A stretch of DNA of 64,000 bases from a virus: the UHGV virus genome UHGV-0098755. The stretch is one strand, 5' to 3'. Of the stretch, positions 1 through 10,880 are shown one piece after another. The notes below the pieces were generated by a model. The model searched no databases. It saw only the letters and a list, made by a program, of their open reading frames with translations, and was not told the origin of the DNA. The translations under genes were made by a program, and so were the position numbers. How positions within the stretch are numbered: the first letter of the stretch is position 1; every line of letters starts with the position of its first letter.

Positions 1-1248
1 CCATCAAAAACTTATTCCATTTATTCTTATCACCATATCGTGATTTGATTTGCTTAATGAGTTGTTGTTCAGCAGCTGCTAACTCCTCAGTTTCAATGAC
101 CGCAAGCATAAAATCAGCTGTGGCTGGAAGACCAGCAGATTCTGCAATATCGCTCATGTTAACATCAGAAGAATCCCAAGCTTGCTTACCAACCTGTGCT
201 GCAGTCCAAAGAACAGTTTCGGTTTCAACAGCCAGAGCACGCAATTCTTCTGCGATGGCTTTAACAGTTGTGTAACTATTTTCTGAGTAAACTCTGATGC
301 GGCAAGATTTACAAATACCTAGATAGTCGACAATAATGATCGTTGGAACAAAATTCTTCTTGAGCTTCAATTCGTTTAAAAGCGATCGAAATGTATTAGC
401 GTCTGCTCCACCAGTAGGATATTGCTTAACGATTAAACGACCGAGAGTAGATTTCTCACGCCATTTTTCCATTTTTCCTTTATATTCAGCGTAAGAAATA
501 TGCCCATCATCAATGTCATCAAGAGAAACATCGAGCATATTAGCGTCAATACGTTTAGCACAGACTTCTTCTGCCATTTCCATTGAAATGTAAAGAACAT
601 TATGACCGAGCTGTAAATAATCTGCTGCCAATGAACACAATCCTAATGACTTACCAACGTTAACACCAGCCATTAAAACGTTCAGTGTTCCAGTCTCAGC
701 TCCGCCTTTAGTAATTTTATTTAGAATTTTGAGTTTAAATGGAACCTTACGAGCTTTATTCATATAAGATAGCCAACGTGCTTCATAGTCATCCATCCAA
801 TCATGACCAACGTAGCTATCAAATGAAATTGATAATGCTTGGCGCATGATGTCAGGAATAGCACCTACATCTGGCATTTTCTTATTTCGTTTTTCCGGAG
901 GAAGCTCAGCATTAGTTTGAATTTCGATTATTTTAGACGTAGCATTAAACATCGCCCTTTGCTGAACATATTTTTCTGTTTCTTTTACTAACCAGCTGTG
1001 GTCTTCCGGAGAATCAGCCAGTTTTGAAATAAGTGTTTTTACACCAGAATATTCTGTTTCAGTAAATGAACTATTTTCTAATGCAACATTTAACGCATTA
1101 ATAGATGGAACGCTATGATACTCATTGACATGAGATTTAATTAATTTGAATGTATTTTTAGCTGGACCACTTTCAAAATATTCTGAATCCATATATGGCC
1201 AAACTTTTGAAAAATAAGCTTGATCAAATATGAGATGAGAAAGAATAA
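1..1248 (-). CDS. 41: Replicative DNA helicase gp41 (DnaB-like), N-terminal ~415 codons; 3' end lies beyond window start
   Basis: Minus frame starts at GTG 1246-1248 after AAGGAG and reads MVEIILSHLIFDQAYFSKV; Walker A (AETGTLNVLMAGVNVGKS) encoded near 650-700; lies downstream of 40/uvsX as in T4. Not in ORF track because it runs off the edge. Confidence 0.85.
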
Positions 1249-1267
1249 TTTCTACCACACTTACTCC

Positions 1268-1630
1268 TTAAAAGAATTTAAATTTTTTCTTTGACCTTTT
1301 ATTAAATGCATCTTGTAGTTGCATTGTAATACATTTTTCTACATGAGGAGCTAACTCAGCTTTTCTTTCTTGGTCAAGAACAGCAAAGTCCATTACAACC
1401 TTTCCATCAACCCAATCCAGTTTAGTTACATACACTATATGTGTAGAACCATCTTCTAGTTTAATGACAATCTCCTGGATAACATTTTCCATGGCAGATT
1501 TAATTATCTTAAGAGATTCATTAAAAAGACGTTCTTTTCTTTCTTCTTCCCCCTCCGAAGAGGGGGATTCATCGATAATTTCTAGATCTAAATCTAAATC
1601 ATCTTTACTCATTAAATTCTTCCATATCAC
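1268..1630 (-). CDS. 40: gp40-like small protein (head vertex assembly chaperone in T4)
   Basis: 120-aa ORF between uvsX and gene 41, same slot as T4 gene 40; start overlaps uvsX 3' end. Confidence 0.6.
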   Translation of the reverse strand: MIWKNLMSKDDLDLDLEIIDESPSSEGEEERKERLFNESLKIIKSAMENVIQEIVIKLEDGSTHIVYVTKLDWVDGKVVMDFAVLDQERKAELAPHVEKCITMQLQDAFNKRSKKKFKFF

Positions 1631-2786
1631 TTAACTGCTCGAGGTCAGTTTCTAAATCAGCTGCTGATTTACTTTTACTTTCTGGAGATTTAAATTTTTC
1701 AACCTTTGAGTTAATCAATTCATCAACTTCAGCTTCAACAATTTCATTACTATCAATAGCACCTAACTGATAAGCACGTTTAATAGCATCTCGGAATGGT
1801 TGATGCTTAAATAAAGGACCCCAGAATGTAGTGCAGTTGGTATCTTTTGCACGCCAAGATTTTTCTTCGCGAATCATCTCGCCGGTTTCTTCATCAAGAA
1901 ATTCACGAGCATACCAGCCATTTTTAGGTTTTACCACGAATCCTAATTCTAGAGCCATATCTAACAATCCAGAATAAGGATCGATACCACCGTCAAATTT
2001 AACATCAATAAAGAATTTACTTTTTTCTTTAACAGTACGAGATTTTTCTACATTTAGAACAAATTGATACCCCTGAAGATCAGAACCATCTTTAATCTGA
2101 CGCTTACCGATAATGAATACAGTATCAGCCGAATACATTACGCCTGTACCACCTGTCATCACGGTTTTACTAAACATTTCAATTGTTTCAATTGTATGGT
2201 TAACCGCAACACATGGAATATTTTTAATGCTAAAGTAAGGAGTAACAATACGGAATAATGACTTCAGTGATTTAGCACGAGTCATATCTGCCACAGATTT
2301 TTCATTCAAGGCATCTTCCGTTTCTTTCTTAGAAGCCATATTACCGATTGAGTCGATGAATACAATAACTTTTTCACCGCGCTCAATAGCTTCAAGCTGA
2401 TTCACCATATCAATTTTCAGCTGTTCAACTGACTGGATTGGCGTATGAATTACTCGTTCCGGGTCAACCCCCATGGATCGCAAATAAGCTGGAGTAATAC
2501 CAAATTCACTATCATAGAATAGACAAACCGCGTCAGGATATTTGTTCAAATATGCCGCAACCATAGTCAAAGACATATTTGATTTAAAGTGTTTAGAAGG
2601 CCCTGCGAAAATAGTTAAACCAGACTGCATACCGCCATCAATCGCACCAGAAATAGCAATATTAAGCATTGGAATTTTTGTACGAATTACATCCTTTTCA
2701 TTAAAGAATTTAGATGTAGTCAGTTCAGCAGTCATTTTAGAAGTGGAAGCTTTAATCAAACGGGATTTTAAATCTGCAATAGACAT
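1605..2786 (-). CDS. uvsX: UvsX RecA-like recombinase
   Basis: 393-aa ORF; near-identical over its length to T4 UvsX as recalled (KSRLIKASTSK..., GPSKHFKS Walker A region, acidic C-terminus DLETDLEQLSDMEEFNE). Confidence 0.95.
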   Translation of the reverse strand: MSIADLKSRLIKASTSKMTAELTTSKFFNEKDVIRTKIPMLNIAISGAIDGGMQSGLTIFAGPSKHFKSNMSLTMVAAYLNKYPDAVCLFYDSEFGITPAYLRSMGVDPERVIHTPIQSVEQLKIDMVNQLEAIERGEKVIVFIDSIGNMASKKETEDALNEKSVADMTRAKSLKSLFRIVTPYFSIKNIPCVAVNHTIETIEMFSKTVMTGGTGVMYSADTVFIIGKRQIKDGSDLQGYQFVLNVEKSRTVKEKSKFFIDVKFDGGIDPYSGLLDMALELGFVVKPKNGWYAREFLDEETGEMIREEKSWRAKDTNCTTFWGPLFKHQPFRDAIKRAYQLGAIDSNEIVEAEVDELINSKVEKFKSPESKSKSAADLETDLEQLSDMEEFNE

Positions 2787-2863
2787 TCATTTTTTCCATA
2801 GGCATCATTATATTTTCCTCACTGGTTAAAGATAGGGTAATTATAACACAATAAATTTAGGCA

Positions 2864-3712
2864 TTAATCAACTGCTATTGGATGAATAGCATTAAACTTA
2901 TGAAATGCTTCTGATTTTTCTTTACGCGAAACACACATGCGAAGAACCTTTAATGGCTCGTCTTCTTCACCCAACGATTTTCGTTTTTCAATATTAGAAG
3001 TTTTCCAACGAGCTTGCTCTGGAAACTCTCTATTGATTTGCTCAAGCGCTCTATTATGTTTAGAATTACTACGAATTGAACTACACCCGCCAGGAGCTTG
3101 TGCTTTTCCAGATACAACCAGATATTTGAACAAGGCCAAATGCGGATAACCTTGATTAATTAAATTGAGAAATGCATACATATCTTCGCATAAATCAATT
3201 TTTCCATACCCAATTTGTTCTGTCGTAAGTTTTCCAAGGTCATACCATGTATTCGTGAATCCATATGAATTTTCACGATAATTACCCCAAGATGAAGTAA
3301 TTTTAAAAATAGGTAGACGAGCATGGCCATGATAATACCCGCAATCCATGGCATCTTCAACGTATTGAATCAATTCATAGAACTGTTCACGAGTTAATTG
3401 ATTAATTTTATCTACGCAGCGACGATCATCTTTCTTTCGCATTGAACTCATACGAATAGTAGTATCATCATCAATCATCCAAATTCGTTGACCTGCATAC
3501 ATATCAGTAATTGCTTTACGAGTACCAGCAATTCCGTTAACATCATCAGGAATAGTTATAATTTTAGCTCTAGACCCATAAGCGTCATAATAAGCTTTTT
3601 CTTCGTGTTCACGTACTACAATATGAGGTTCATAATCAGTCGGAAACATATCAAGGGCAGAAACTGCCCCTACGCGTTGATAGCTTGGAATTACGAATTG
3701 AATCATTTCCAC
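2864..3712 (-). CDS. Glycosyltransferase with DXD motif at the beta-gt locus; candidate HMC-DNA sugar transferase (beta-alpha-gt-like), not T4 beta-gt
   Basis: 282-aa ORF between uvsX and gene 42 where T4 has 351-aa beta-gt; contains IWMIDDDTTIR (DXD-type motif); no resemblance to T4 beta-gt N-terminus as recalled. Confidence 0.55.
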   Translation of the reverse strand: MEMIQFVIPSYQRVGAVSALDMFPTDYEPHIVVREHEEKAYYDAYGSRAKIITIPDDVNGIAGTRKAITDMYAGQRIWMIDDDTTIRMSSMRKKDDRRCVDKINQLTREQFYELIQYVEDAMDCGYYHGHARLPIFKITSSWGNYRENSYGFTNTWYDLGKLTTEQIGYGKIDLCEDMYAFLNLINQGYPHLALFKYLVVSGKAQAPGGCSSIRSNSKHNRALEQINREFPEQARWKTSNIEKRKSLGEEDEPLKVLRMCVSRKEKSEAFHKFNAIHPIAVD

Positions 3713-4443
3713 TCACCGTTATAATCTTTTTTCGCAATATGAGTTTCGCCAGTTTTCCACCAATGGTCAACCAAATAAAAATGGCGGGAATACACATGAA
3801 GGCTCCCGACATTCCATATAATGGAACCTGCTTTATACTGACGAGTTGAATCACCTGCATTCAAATCAGATACTAATTTATCTAGTACGTATTTTTGCCA
3901 TGCATAATCATTACGGAATCCGAAGACTACGTCATTTGAACGCATGCTTACTACTGCATTGACTTTCTTATCACGAATCAGGTACTGTACTGTATTCGTA
4001 CACATGAAATCTGACATACCATCTTTATTGTAGTCAAACTGCATGGATGGACGAGTATAAATCATGATACCACGCCGAGAATCAGGATTTTGACCAAGTT
4101 CAGCTAAACACATATCATATTGGGCATAGTTATCTTCTGACCAGATGGCCCAACCATAATTCGAGTTAATTTCGCCTTTAGAAGATGCTACCTGCTGCCA
4201 AATCTTTGGTATTTCACCTGGAATATCTTTAACAAACAGACTTTGAGACTTATACCATTCAAGTTCACGTTGAATGTATTCATCATTAAGAGCGCCAAAA
4301 ATAAAAGGTTCATCTGCTACAAATGATGCACCAATAATTTCAATAGTTTTAACACCGGTTTTATCAATTACGAAATCTTTTTCCTTTAATGCAATTCCTA
4401 AATGAAGACGGATTTCTTCAACTGTCATAGAGTCATTAATCAT
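3703..4443 (-). CDS. 42: dCMP hydroxymethylase
   Basis: 246-aa ORF, near-identical to T4 gp42 as recalled (MTVEEIRLHLG..., thymidylate-synthase-like fold motifs). Confidence 0.95.
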   Translation of the reverse strand: MINDSMTVEEIRLHLGIALKEKDFVIDKTGVKTIEIIGASFVADEPFIFGALNDEYIQRELEWYKSQSLFVKDIPGEIPKIWQQVASSKGEINSNYGWAIWSEDNYAQYDMCLAELGQNPDSRRGIMIYTRPSMQFDYNKDGMSDFMCTNTVQYLIRDKKVNAVVSMRSNDVVFGFRNDYAWQKYVLDKLVSDLNAGDSTRQYKAGSIIWNVGSLHVYSRHFYLVDHWWKTGETHIAKKDYNGEWK

Positions 4444-4596
4444 TTAAACCTCAATTGATACATTCATATTTAACTTGTAACAGTAATAAACTCCACCCTA
4501 TAATAAGCGTTGGAATCATACAAGGAACTGCTACGCTATAGTATATACTTATTATAACCATCAAGATTAAAAGCAATGCTGTTATAATTTTGCTTT

Positions 4597-4848
4597 TCAT
4601 TCCTTCTCTCTGATGATAATTACTTGATTTTGCTGTACAGATTTTTTAGTTTCACCTGCAATTGACCAAATAAATGTAATAAACCAACCAATAATTGACC
4701 AGTTAAACAGTAAAGATGTGAAAAAGATTCCTACTGTCGATTTTGACCCACGCATCAAGGCGATGAACCATGGAAGCATGTATATAATAATAGCCAACAC
4801 ACCTGAAACTAAAACCATAAAAATTGAACCTGCTACTAAAGTTTCCAT
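4597..4848 (-). CDS. imm: Superinfection immunity membrane protein
   Basis: 83-aa ORF with two hydrophobic helices, located between 42 and 43 as T4 imm (83 aa). Confidence 0.85.
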   Translation of the reverse strand: METLVAGSIFMVLVSGVLAIIIYMLPWFIALMRGSKSTVGIFFTSLLFNWSIIGWFITFIWSIAGETKKSVQQNQVIIIREKE

Positions 4849-4855
4849 GTTTTCC

Positions 4856-5236
4856 TCACTTAGTCAAATTTTTTACACATGAATTATAAGAATTTACTAC
4901 ATACTCCATCGGAGCATTTTTACCAGTACGCCATTGGTAATTATTAGCCCAATTTGCCCAAAGCTCAGCGCAGTAGTTTTCAATTTTTTCTTCGCGTGTA
5001 ATTACATCCGAATTACGATATGCTTGAGCAGATTCATCTGGGCGAATAGCTTCGTCAAAATTCGCCTGCATCTGTTCTACTGTCTGTTTTGGAGCTTCTT
5101 TATAACACTTGACGTTAGGATTATAAAATTTGCTTGAACAGTTTACAATTTTTCCTACATCAGACTGATTTACTACCGGTCCTTGAGCTACACAACCAGT
5201 AAGACCTAATGCAATAACCAAAATAGCGATTTTCAT
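4856..5236 (-). CDS. Small lipoprotein (signal peptide with lipobox LTGC)
   Basis: ORF track gives 4856..5347, but the upstream part is a translated promoter; likely start is ATG 5234-5236 (MKIAILVIALGLTGC) preceded by GGAG. Confidence 0.6.
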   Translation of the reverse strand: MKIAILVIALGLTGCVAQGPVVNQSDVGKIVNCSSKFYNPNVKCYKEAPKQTVEQMQANFDEAIRPDESAQAYRNSDVITREEKIENYCAELWANWANNYQWRTGKNAPMEYVVNSYNSCVKNLTK

Positions 5237-5261
5237 TTCATTCTCCAAATCCGTATCAGTT

Positions 5262-5315
5262 GATAGTTGTATAGTACCACAAAGGAACAGGGATGTAAAC
5301 AGTTTTGTGAAAAAA
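5262..5315 (-). promoter_or_regulatory. T4-type early promoter
   Basis: Minus strand reads GTTTACA, ~17 nt, TGGTACTATACA, with conserved upstream AAAATTTTTTTCACAAAACT region; drives the lipoprotein gene. Confidence 0.7.
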
Positions 5316-5384
5316 ATTTTTAGGGAATCCAAAGGGTCCAGAATCATCTCTTTTTCATAAGTATAGATTTATATTACTTGTATG

Positions 5385-5405
5385 AAAAAGGGACCTGGAG
5401 GTCCC
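5385..5405 (-). terminator. Intrinsic terminator after gene 43
   Basis: GGGACC-UCCA-GGUCCC hairpin followed by U-run on the minus-strand transcript. Confidence 0.7.
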
Positions 5406-5418
5406 TAGATTTATTCTA

Positions 5419-8115
5419 TCAGCCAAACAGGAAGTCTAACGAAGCTTTTTCTTCATAGTCCATGCCAGCCGATTCACACATACCCGCAAGCGGTTTAACA
5501 AACGATTTTTGGAACAAAGTTGAGTGGTCAATCCAAGATAGTACATCAGAACGAATTTCTTTTGGAAGTTCTGTACCCGACGGCCAAGCAATGCACTTGT
5601 CACCAAATGGATTTCCTTCACGTAATGGAAGAACCATTACCTTATTTCCATCCAAAATTGGAGCTACACCTAGACCACTAACAGCTCGACGATAAGTTAG
5701 CACCCCACGAATGTGGAACGGGCATTTAAATCCTGGCCAACCTTTATCGTCATATTTCGCTATATCGTTCGCGGTTTTTACTTCAGCAATAACTTTATAG
5801 TCAAGTTGACGATATTCTTTCTCGAAGTTCTTGTAGTATTCTTGGACAGACTCTTCACCTTCCTGAAGAATACGACGAATACTTTCTTCGAGAGCTTCTT
5901 GTACTGCTTTTGGTGTTGAACTCTGCTGAGTTTCCATACCCATGATTTTTAGATGTGGTTCAGCAAATCGCTTATCTTCCATATCATAAACGTTCAGAGC
6001 ATAACGTTTTTTCGCTTTCCAAAATCCACCGACACCCTTTGAACCAAGCGGAGGACAAGAAATAGCTTCACGGTCCATATGCATCAGATGCTCGCGGTTA
6101 TTCATATAATCACATAACTCACGATATGCAACATCAATCATAGGTTCCATCTTTTTCTTACCAAACTGATTCATGAATTCAACTAAATCATTTTGTTCTT
6201 TAAAGCGGTCAAGACCTACTTTTTCAATAACTTTATCTACACAGACATATACCGAATCAGTATCACCTGCTGCGATGAAATCTTCACCACCAGTTCCACA
6301 TACTTTATTCAGGTATTCATTAATTTTACGAGCAATCCACTGAATACCGACTTGACCAAAAATTGTGATAGCAGTAGCATTTCGCAAATCATAGTAACGG
6401 AAATGAATATTACCAAGAGCACCATAAAGACTGTTGATAAGAATTTTACGGTTTAGCTGATTTGTGTTAGCAAGTGTAGCTGCTTTTTCACATTCTTCAA
6501 TCAGACTATTGAGAACGGATTCGGTGTAATTCGATAGTTCATTTAAGAAATCATCACTGAACTTAACATATCGTTCAACTTCTGGTTTAGTTGAGCAAGA
6601 CCCTGCACCTTTCATAATAATCTTTTTAATAGCTTCGGCATTCATTTCTTCAGCGAACATTTTCTTTTTCCAATCTTTACGTTGGAAAAATACTTTAGCG
6701 ATTTCCTTTGGAATGATACCTTCTTGATGCTTATCATACATCCATCCATTCGGAGAACAAGAATATTCATCACTCGGTTTAGGAGCTGTTCCTGCAATAT
6801 ATTCATGAATTGGATGAACTTTAAACTGCCCACGAATAGTCTCAGGACTAATGTTAACCTGACGAATAATGCTAGGATACAGAGACGTCAAGTCAAAACT
6901 CATAATATATCGACGAGCAATTGGTTTAGGTTCAAACACAAATGCACCCGGAAAACTCTGTTTAACGTGCGAACCTTGTTGAGGAATAACCTTATGTTCA
7001 CCTTTCAATGAGTTAAAAATAATAGCATCCCAAGTTTTAATAGGACTCATTACACCGGAAAAAGGCATTTTAGCATAATAAGACATACTTAAAACTAGAT
7101 CGATAAACCCGCGAATTTTATCAATTGCTTGAACTGATTCTACGTCAATGATGTTATAACTAATGTATCGTTGATGATTAGTTTCACGAAGTTTATTAAT
7201 AGGACCGTCGTATGGTAATTTACCTTTTTTGGTTTCATGTTGAGCAACTGATTCCAAAGAGAATGACGGCAAATTAGTAAATGCGAATTTCTTATACAAA
7301 TCTAAATAATCAAGAATAGATACGCCATCAATAGAATAAATTTCTTTGCTACCGTACACATTTTGAATTAGTTTAGATTTTACTCGACCGATTGGAGAGA
7401 AGCGTTTCATACTACGTTCACCGAGAACCATTTTAACGCGATTCATGATATACGGAACGTCAAATCCCTCAATATTCCAACCAGTAAAAATAGCAGGTCG
7501 TTTCTGTTCCCAGAGATTGATATATTCCATGAGCATATCACGCTCATTATCGAATGGCATATAAATTACTCGGTCAAGAATTTCTTGAGGAACTTCATCA
7601 CCACCTTCACAGTCAAGCTTAGCAGCTAACTTTGCATCCCATTTTGATACTGAACCATACATTGAATTCAAAAGGTCGAAAACATAAAAACGATCGTCAA
7701 TTGAATCGTAATGAGTGATAGCATCAATTTCATATTCTGCTTTCATTGGGTCAGGAAATTTATCACCAGTAACCTCAATGTCACAGTTAGCTACACGAAC
7801 AAATTTTCGGTCATAAACAATTTCTGAACCGTATGTATCACTGATATAAGCGAGTTTAAAATCGTTCATACCGAGAGCTTCGAGACCGATGTCTTCCATT
7901 CGTTTCATCCAATCTCGAGCATCTTTCATTGATGGAAATTTTTGAGGAGCACAGTTTTTACCATAGATGTCTTTGTATTTTGACTCTTCCTTACAATGCC
8001 TAAACATAGTCGGAAGATATTCTACTTCACGAGTACGTTCCTTTCCGTTTTCATCAATATAACGTTCAACAATGTTATTTCCGACTGTTTCAATAGAGAT
8101 ATAAAATTCTTTCAT
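5419..8115 (-). CDS. 43: DNA polymerase (family B) gp43
   Basis: 898-aa ORF, same length as T4 gp43; exonuclease and polymerase motifs present (e.g. DIEV, YGDTDS-like AAGDTDSVYV). Confidence 0.97.
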   Translation of the reverse strand: MKEFYISIETVGNNIVERYIDENGKERTREVEYLPTMFRHCKEESKYKDIYGKNCAPQKFPSMKDARDWMKRMEDIGLEALGMNDFKLAYISDTYGSEIVYDRKFVRVANCDIEVTGDKFPDPMKAEYEIDAITHYDSIDDRFYVFDLLNSMYGSVSKWDAKLAAKLDCEGGDEVPQEILDRVIYMPFDNERDMLMEYINLWEQKRPAIFTGWNIEGFDVPYIMNRVKMVLGERSMKRFSPIGRVKSKLIQNVYGSKEIYSIDGVSILDYLDLYKKFAFTNLPSFSLESVAQHETKKGKLPYDGPINKLRETNHQRYISYNIIDVESVQAIDKIRGFIDLVLSMSYYAKMPFSGVMSPIKTWDAIIFNSLKGEHKVIPQQGSHVKQSFPGAFVFEPKPIARRYIMSFDLTSLYPSIIRQVNISPETIRGQFKVHPIHEYIAGTAPKPSDEYSCSPNGWMYDKHQEGIIPKEIAKVFFQRKDWKKKMFAEEMNAEAIKKIIMKGAGSCSTKPEVERYVKFSDDFLNELSNYTESVLNSLIEECEKAATLANTNQLNRKILINSLYGALGNIHFRYYDLRNATAITIFGQVGIQWIARKINEYLNKVCGTGGEDFIAAGDTDSVYVCVDKVIEKVGLDRFKEQNDLVEFMNQFGKKKMEPMIDVAYRELCDYMNNREHLMHMDREAISCPPLGSKGVGGFWKAKKRYALNVYDMEDKRFAEPHLKIMGMETQQSSTPKAVQEALEESIRRILQEGEESVQEYYKNFEKEYRQLDYKVIAEVKTANDIAKYDDKGWPGFKCPFHIRGVLTYRRAVSGLGVAPILDGNKVMVLPLREGNPFGDKCIAWPSGTELPKEIRSDVLSWIDHSTLFQKSFVKPLAGMCESAGMDYEEKASLDFLFG

Positions 8116-8169
8116 AGATATTCCTTAGTTTATAGCCCGAGTTATTAGGCTCTTGATATATTATACTCC

Positions 8170-8189
8170 AAATAAGGGGCCGAAGCCCC
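8170..8189 (-). terminator. C(UUCG)G hairpin after regA
   Basis: GGGGC-UUCG-GCCCC on the minus transcript. Confidence 0.6.
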
Positions 8190-8193
8190 TTGC

Positions 8194-8562
8194 TTAATTA
8201 CCAATCGTATATTTAGGAACGAGTTTCCATTCATGTTTTTGTTTAAAAGAAATAACTCGGAAGTTATTAGTTAAATCTTTCATAAAAGTTCTTTGACCGG
8301 GAGCGATTTCGATCAGTCCCCAATCTTCTAACAACCACGCAATCGAATCACGACGAACTTCATCTTCTTCTGTCATTTCAACCTGACGGCCATCCATACG
8401 AAGCATTTCTTTAAAATGAACGATATAGTATAGCCCTTTTTTCTGGAGAATGTGGCAGGATTGATACAGAACTTTATCTTTATTATTAGCAATTCCCATA
8501 CGAGTCAAAGTTTCTTTAACTTTCAGAAAATCTTCAGGTTTTTTAAGAGTAATTTCAATCAT
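8194..8562 (-). CDS. regA: Translational repressor RegA
   Basis: 122-aa ORF matching T4 RegA as recalled; immediately upstream of gene 43. Confidence 0.95.
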   Translation of the reverse strand: MIEITLKKPEDFLKVKETLTRMGIANNKDKVLYQSCHILQKKGLYYIVHFKEMLRMDGRQVEMTEEDEVRRDSIAWLLEDWGLIEIAPGQRTFMKDLTNNFRVISFKQKHEWKLVPKYTIGN

Positions 8563-8563
8563 T

Positions 8564-9127
8564 TTACCATTCCAATGCTAGTTTTTTGAGTTGTTTCTGT
8601 TCTTTTACATTCTTAGTCACTTCTTTCAAAAAATCATCCGTGACTAAACCTTTTAGTTCTTTTAATACTAAAGGAAGTTTTCCATTTTTAGTAAGAATTG
8701 ATTTATAGTTAATTGCATCATTTGTATTAACTTGATACCGCTTAGCAAGTAACTTAATAATCAATACTTCGGTAGAATCTTCAACCAGTTTTGCCCATTT
8801 ACCATATCTTTTACCCCGAGGAACAGCAGCCATCAGATAATTAAAATGGGCTTCATCGCTTAAACCCGATCCAATTAAATTCATAGCATATACAGCTGGC
8901 ATGCACTCCGGAAATTGCGATAATGCATTCTCAACCATGTATTTTGAATAATCTTTTTGAGCAATAGAGCATTTAGTTTTATTATTAATAGCTCCAATTA
9001 TTTCAAAAAACTCATTTTCAGCTTTTTCTTTAAAAGAATCAGCAGCAGATTGGACAGCTGTCCAATCTTTTGAATACCAAGCAACTTGATGCTCGTTTAA
9101 TTGAATATCATCTTCAAATAAGCTCAT
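8564..9127 (-). CDS. 62: Clamp loader small subunit gp62
   Basis: ORF 8564..9148; start at internal ATG ([10 protein letters not shown]) gives 187 aa as T4 gp62; lies just after the gene 44 stop. Confidence 0.85.
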   Translation of the reverse strand: MSLFEDDIQLNEHQVAWYSKDWTAVQSAADSFKEKAENEFFEIIGAINNKTKCSIAQKDYSKYMVENALSQFPECMPAVYAMNLIGSGLSDEAHFNYLMAAVPRGKRYGKWAKLVEDSTEVLIIKLLAKRYQVNTNDAINYKSILTKNGKLPLVLKELKGLVTDDFLKEVTKNVKEQKQLKKLALEW

Positions 9128-9128
9128 A

Positions 9129-10088
9129 TCACTTCCACTGCATTTCACATGCCAATTGAATGAAAAGATATGCTAAATGTAATTCAGTATTAGCCGCAAT
9201 TCCATGGTACTGGTTATTTTCACCAACAATTTCATACATACGAATAATACTTTGCGGAGTTACGCGTGTATAGATTTCTTCAGCAAGTTTACCAACGAAC
9301 CACGAATAATCAGCCGCATATTTTGGTGCTAAAGCTCTGAGTTGTTTAACATCTTTATTTTTGAGAGACTCAAGAACATCATCAATAGCACCACGATCGT
9401 TAGTAACCAGTGATAAAATACCAGCATCCAAAACACCTTTAGATGAATAACTATCGAGCTCGCCAATAGTTTTACGAAAATCAGGAAAATTCTTTTTAAC
9501 CAAAGCTGCTACAACTTTCATATCAGCTATAGCAATTCCTTCACGCTTGCAGATTTCAGTCAATCGACGAATCATCTGCTTCATCATTTCAATTTTATCT
9601 TCATCGGTTGGTTGACCGAATGTAATAACTCGGCAGCGTGACTGAAGCGGTTTAATAATACCATCAATATTGTTAGCAGTAATAATAATACTACAGTTTG
9701 AACTATAAGCTTCCATAAAGGAACGAAGATGTCGCTGAGACTCTGCTAGCCCTGAGCGGTCAAATTCATCAATAACAATTACTTTTTGACGACCATCAAA
9801 TGAAGCTGCACTAGCAAAATTAGTCAAAGGACCACGAACGAAATCAATTTTACAATCTGACCCATTCACAAACATCATATCAGCATTTACATCATGACAC
9901 AATGCTTTTGCTACGGTTGTTTTACCTGTTCCTGGAGAAGGAGAATGAAGAATAATATGTGGAATCTTACCTTTACTTGTAATAGATTTAAAGGTTTCTT
10001 TATCAAAGGCGGGAAGAATACATTCATCGATAGTAGATGGACGATATTTCTGTTCAAGAATGTGTTCTTTTTCATTTACAGTAATCAT
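9129..10088 (-). CDS. 44: Clamp loader large subunit gp44 (AAA+)
   Basis: Start MITVNEKEH gives 319 aa; Walker [11 protein letters not shown]; T4 synteny. Confidence 0.95.
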   Translation of the reverse strand: MITVNEKEHILEQKYRPSTIDECILPAFDKETFKSITSKGKIPHIILHSPSPGTGKTTVAKALCHDVNADMMFVNGSDCKIDFVRGPLTNFASAASFDGRQKVIVIDEFDRSGLAESQRHLRSFMEAYSSNCSIIITANNIDGIIKPLQSRCRVITFGQPTDEDKIEMMKQMIRRLTEICKREGIAIADMKVVAALVKKNFPDFRKTIGELDSYSSKGVLDAGILSLVTNDRGAIDDVLESLKNKDVKQLRALAPKYAADYSWFVGKLAEEIYTRVTPQSIIRMYEIVGENNQYHGIAANTELHLAYLFIQLACEMQWK

Positions 10089-10116
10089 AATTTCCTCATT
10101 CAAGTTTTAGTGTAAA

Positions 10117-10137
10117 TTATAAAGGGCCGAAGCCCTC
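10117..10137 (-). terminator. C(UUCG)G hairpin after gene 45
   Basis: AGGGC-UUCG-GCCCU then U-rich. Confidence 0.6.
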
Positions 10138-10139
10138 TA

Positions 10140-10826
10140 TTAAAAATCGTGGGTAGAATCAGCTTCAAGAGCTACTACATAATTCGCGTGTTCACCTTCA
10201 AATTTAGCAGCACCTTGTTTACCTTTTGCCCAGAGCAGAAGTTTATAATTTCCTGGTTGCATTTTCATATTTGCCATATTGATAATGAAATTAAATGTAT
10301 TTTCACCATCATAATCACCAAGAGTCAAAGAATATTTAACACGGGTTAAAGCAGAATCTTCTACTTTATTAAAACCGTTAATTACGATTTTACCTTCTTT
10401 TACTGTGATAGCAATTGTATCAATCTGCAGACCGCGAGATACACGCAACAGTTGTTGAAGGTCTTCAGCTTTAATTTCAGTAACAACAGATGCTACCGGG
10501 AATGGAATTGGTTTATTAGGAGCAACGACTGTACTCGGATCAGCTGCCGGCCAAAAAATTGTTGAACGGGCATCAGCAATTTTAATATTACCATCTTCTG
10601 ACTGGGAAATTTCTGCATCATCATTAACTAGAGACAGAATACCGAGAAAACCGTTCAAATCGTAAATCGCTACATCAAAATCAATAGTGTCAGAAATATT
10701 TGCTTCCGCATAAGTTGTACCATTAACCGCGCGAGTCATAATAAATTGACCGGATTTAAGCATAATACCGGAGTTAATAGTAGCGAAATTTTTAAGCAGA
10801 GCAGTAGTATCTTTAGACAGTTTCAT
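10140..10826 (-). CDS. 45: Sliding clamp gp45
   Basis: 228-aa ORF matching T4 gp45 length and sequence as recalled. Confidence 0.95.
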   Translation of the reverse strand: MKLSKDTTALLKNFATINSGIMLKSGQFIMTRAVNGTTYAEANISDTIDFDVAIYDLNGFLGILSLVNDDAEISQSEDGNIKIADARSTIFWPAADPSTVVAPNKPIPFPVASVVTEIKAEDLQQLLRVSRGLQIDTIAITVKEGKIVINGFNKVEDSALTRVKYSLTLGDYDGENTFNFIINMANMKMQPGNYKLLLWAKGKQGAAKFEGEHANYVVALEADSTHDF

Positions 10827-10834
10827 GTAATTTC

Positions 10835-10880
10835 CTTCAATTCAAATGAGATTTAATTTTATAACTAATTTAATAAAGCA
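10835..10880 (-). promoter_or_regulatory. MotA-dependent middle promoter upstream of gene 45
   Basis: Minus strand AATTGCTTTATT (MotA box), ~11 nt, TATAAA. Confidence 0.55.

Noticed and set aside
45-275. Plus-strand ORF (76 aa) at the window start
   Set aside because: Lies entirely inside the minus-strand gene 41 reading frame, which has clear helicase motifs; shadow ORF.
2064-2829. Plus-strand ORFs inside uvsX (2064-2258, 2542-2829)
   Set aside because: Antisense to a well-supported gene; low-complexity translations.
5262-5315. Conserved ~60-bp element first suspected to be a MITE or dispersed mobile repeat
   Set aside because: It has precise -35/-10 promoter architecture and always points into the downstream gene; interpreted as the T4 early-promoter family.
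4856-5347. Long N-terminal extension of the lipoprotein ORF (and similar extensions at 47111-47437 and 35640-35873)
   Set aside because: Extensions are in-frame translations of the promoter element; internal ATG with an SD gives the plausible start.
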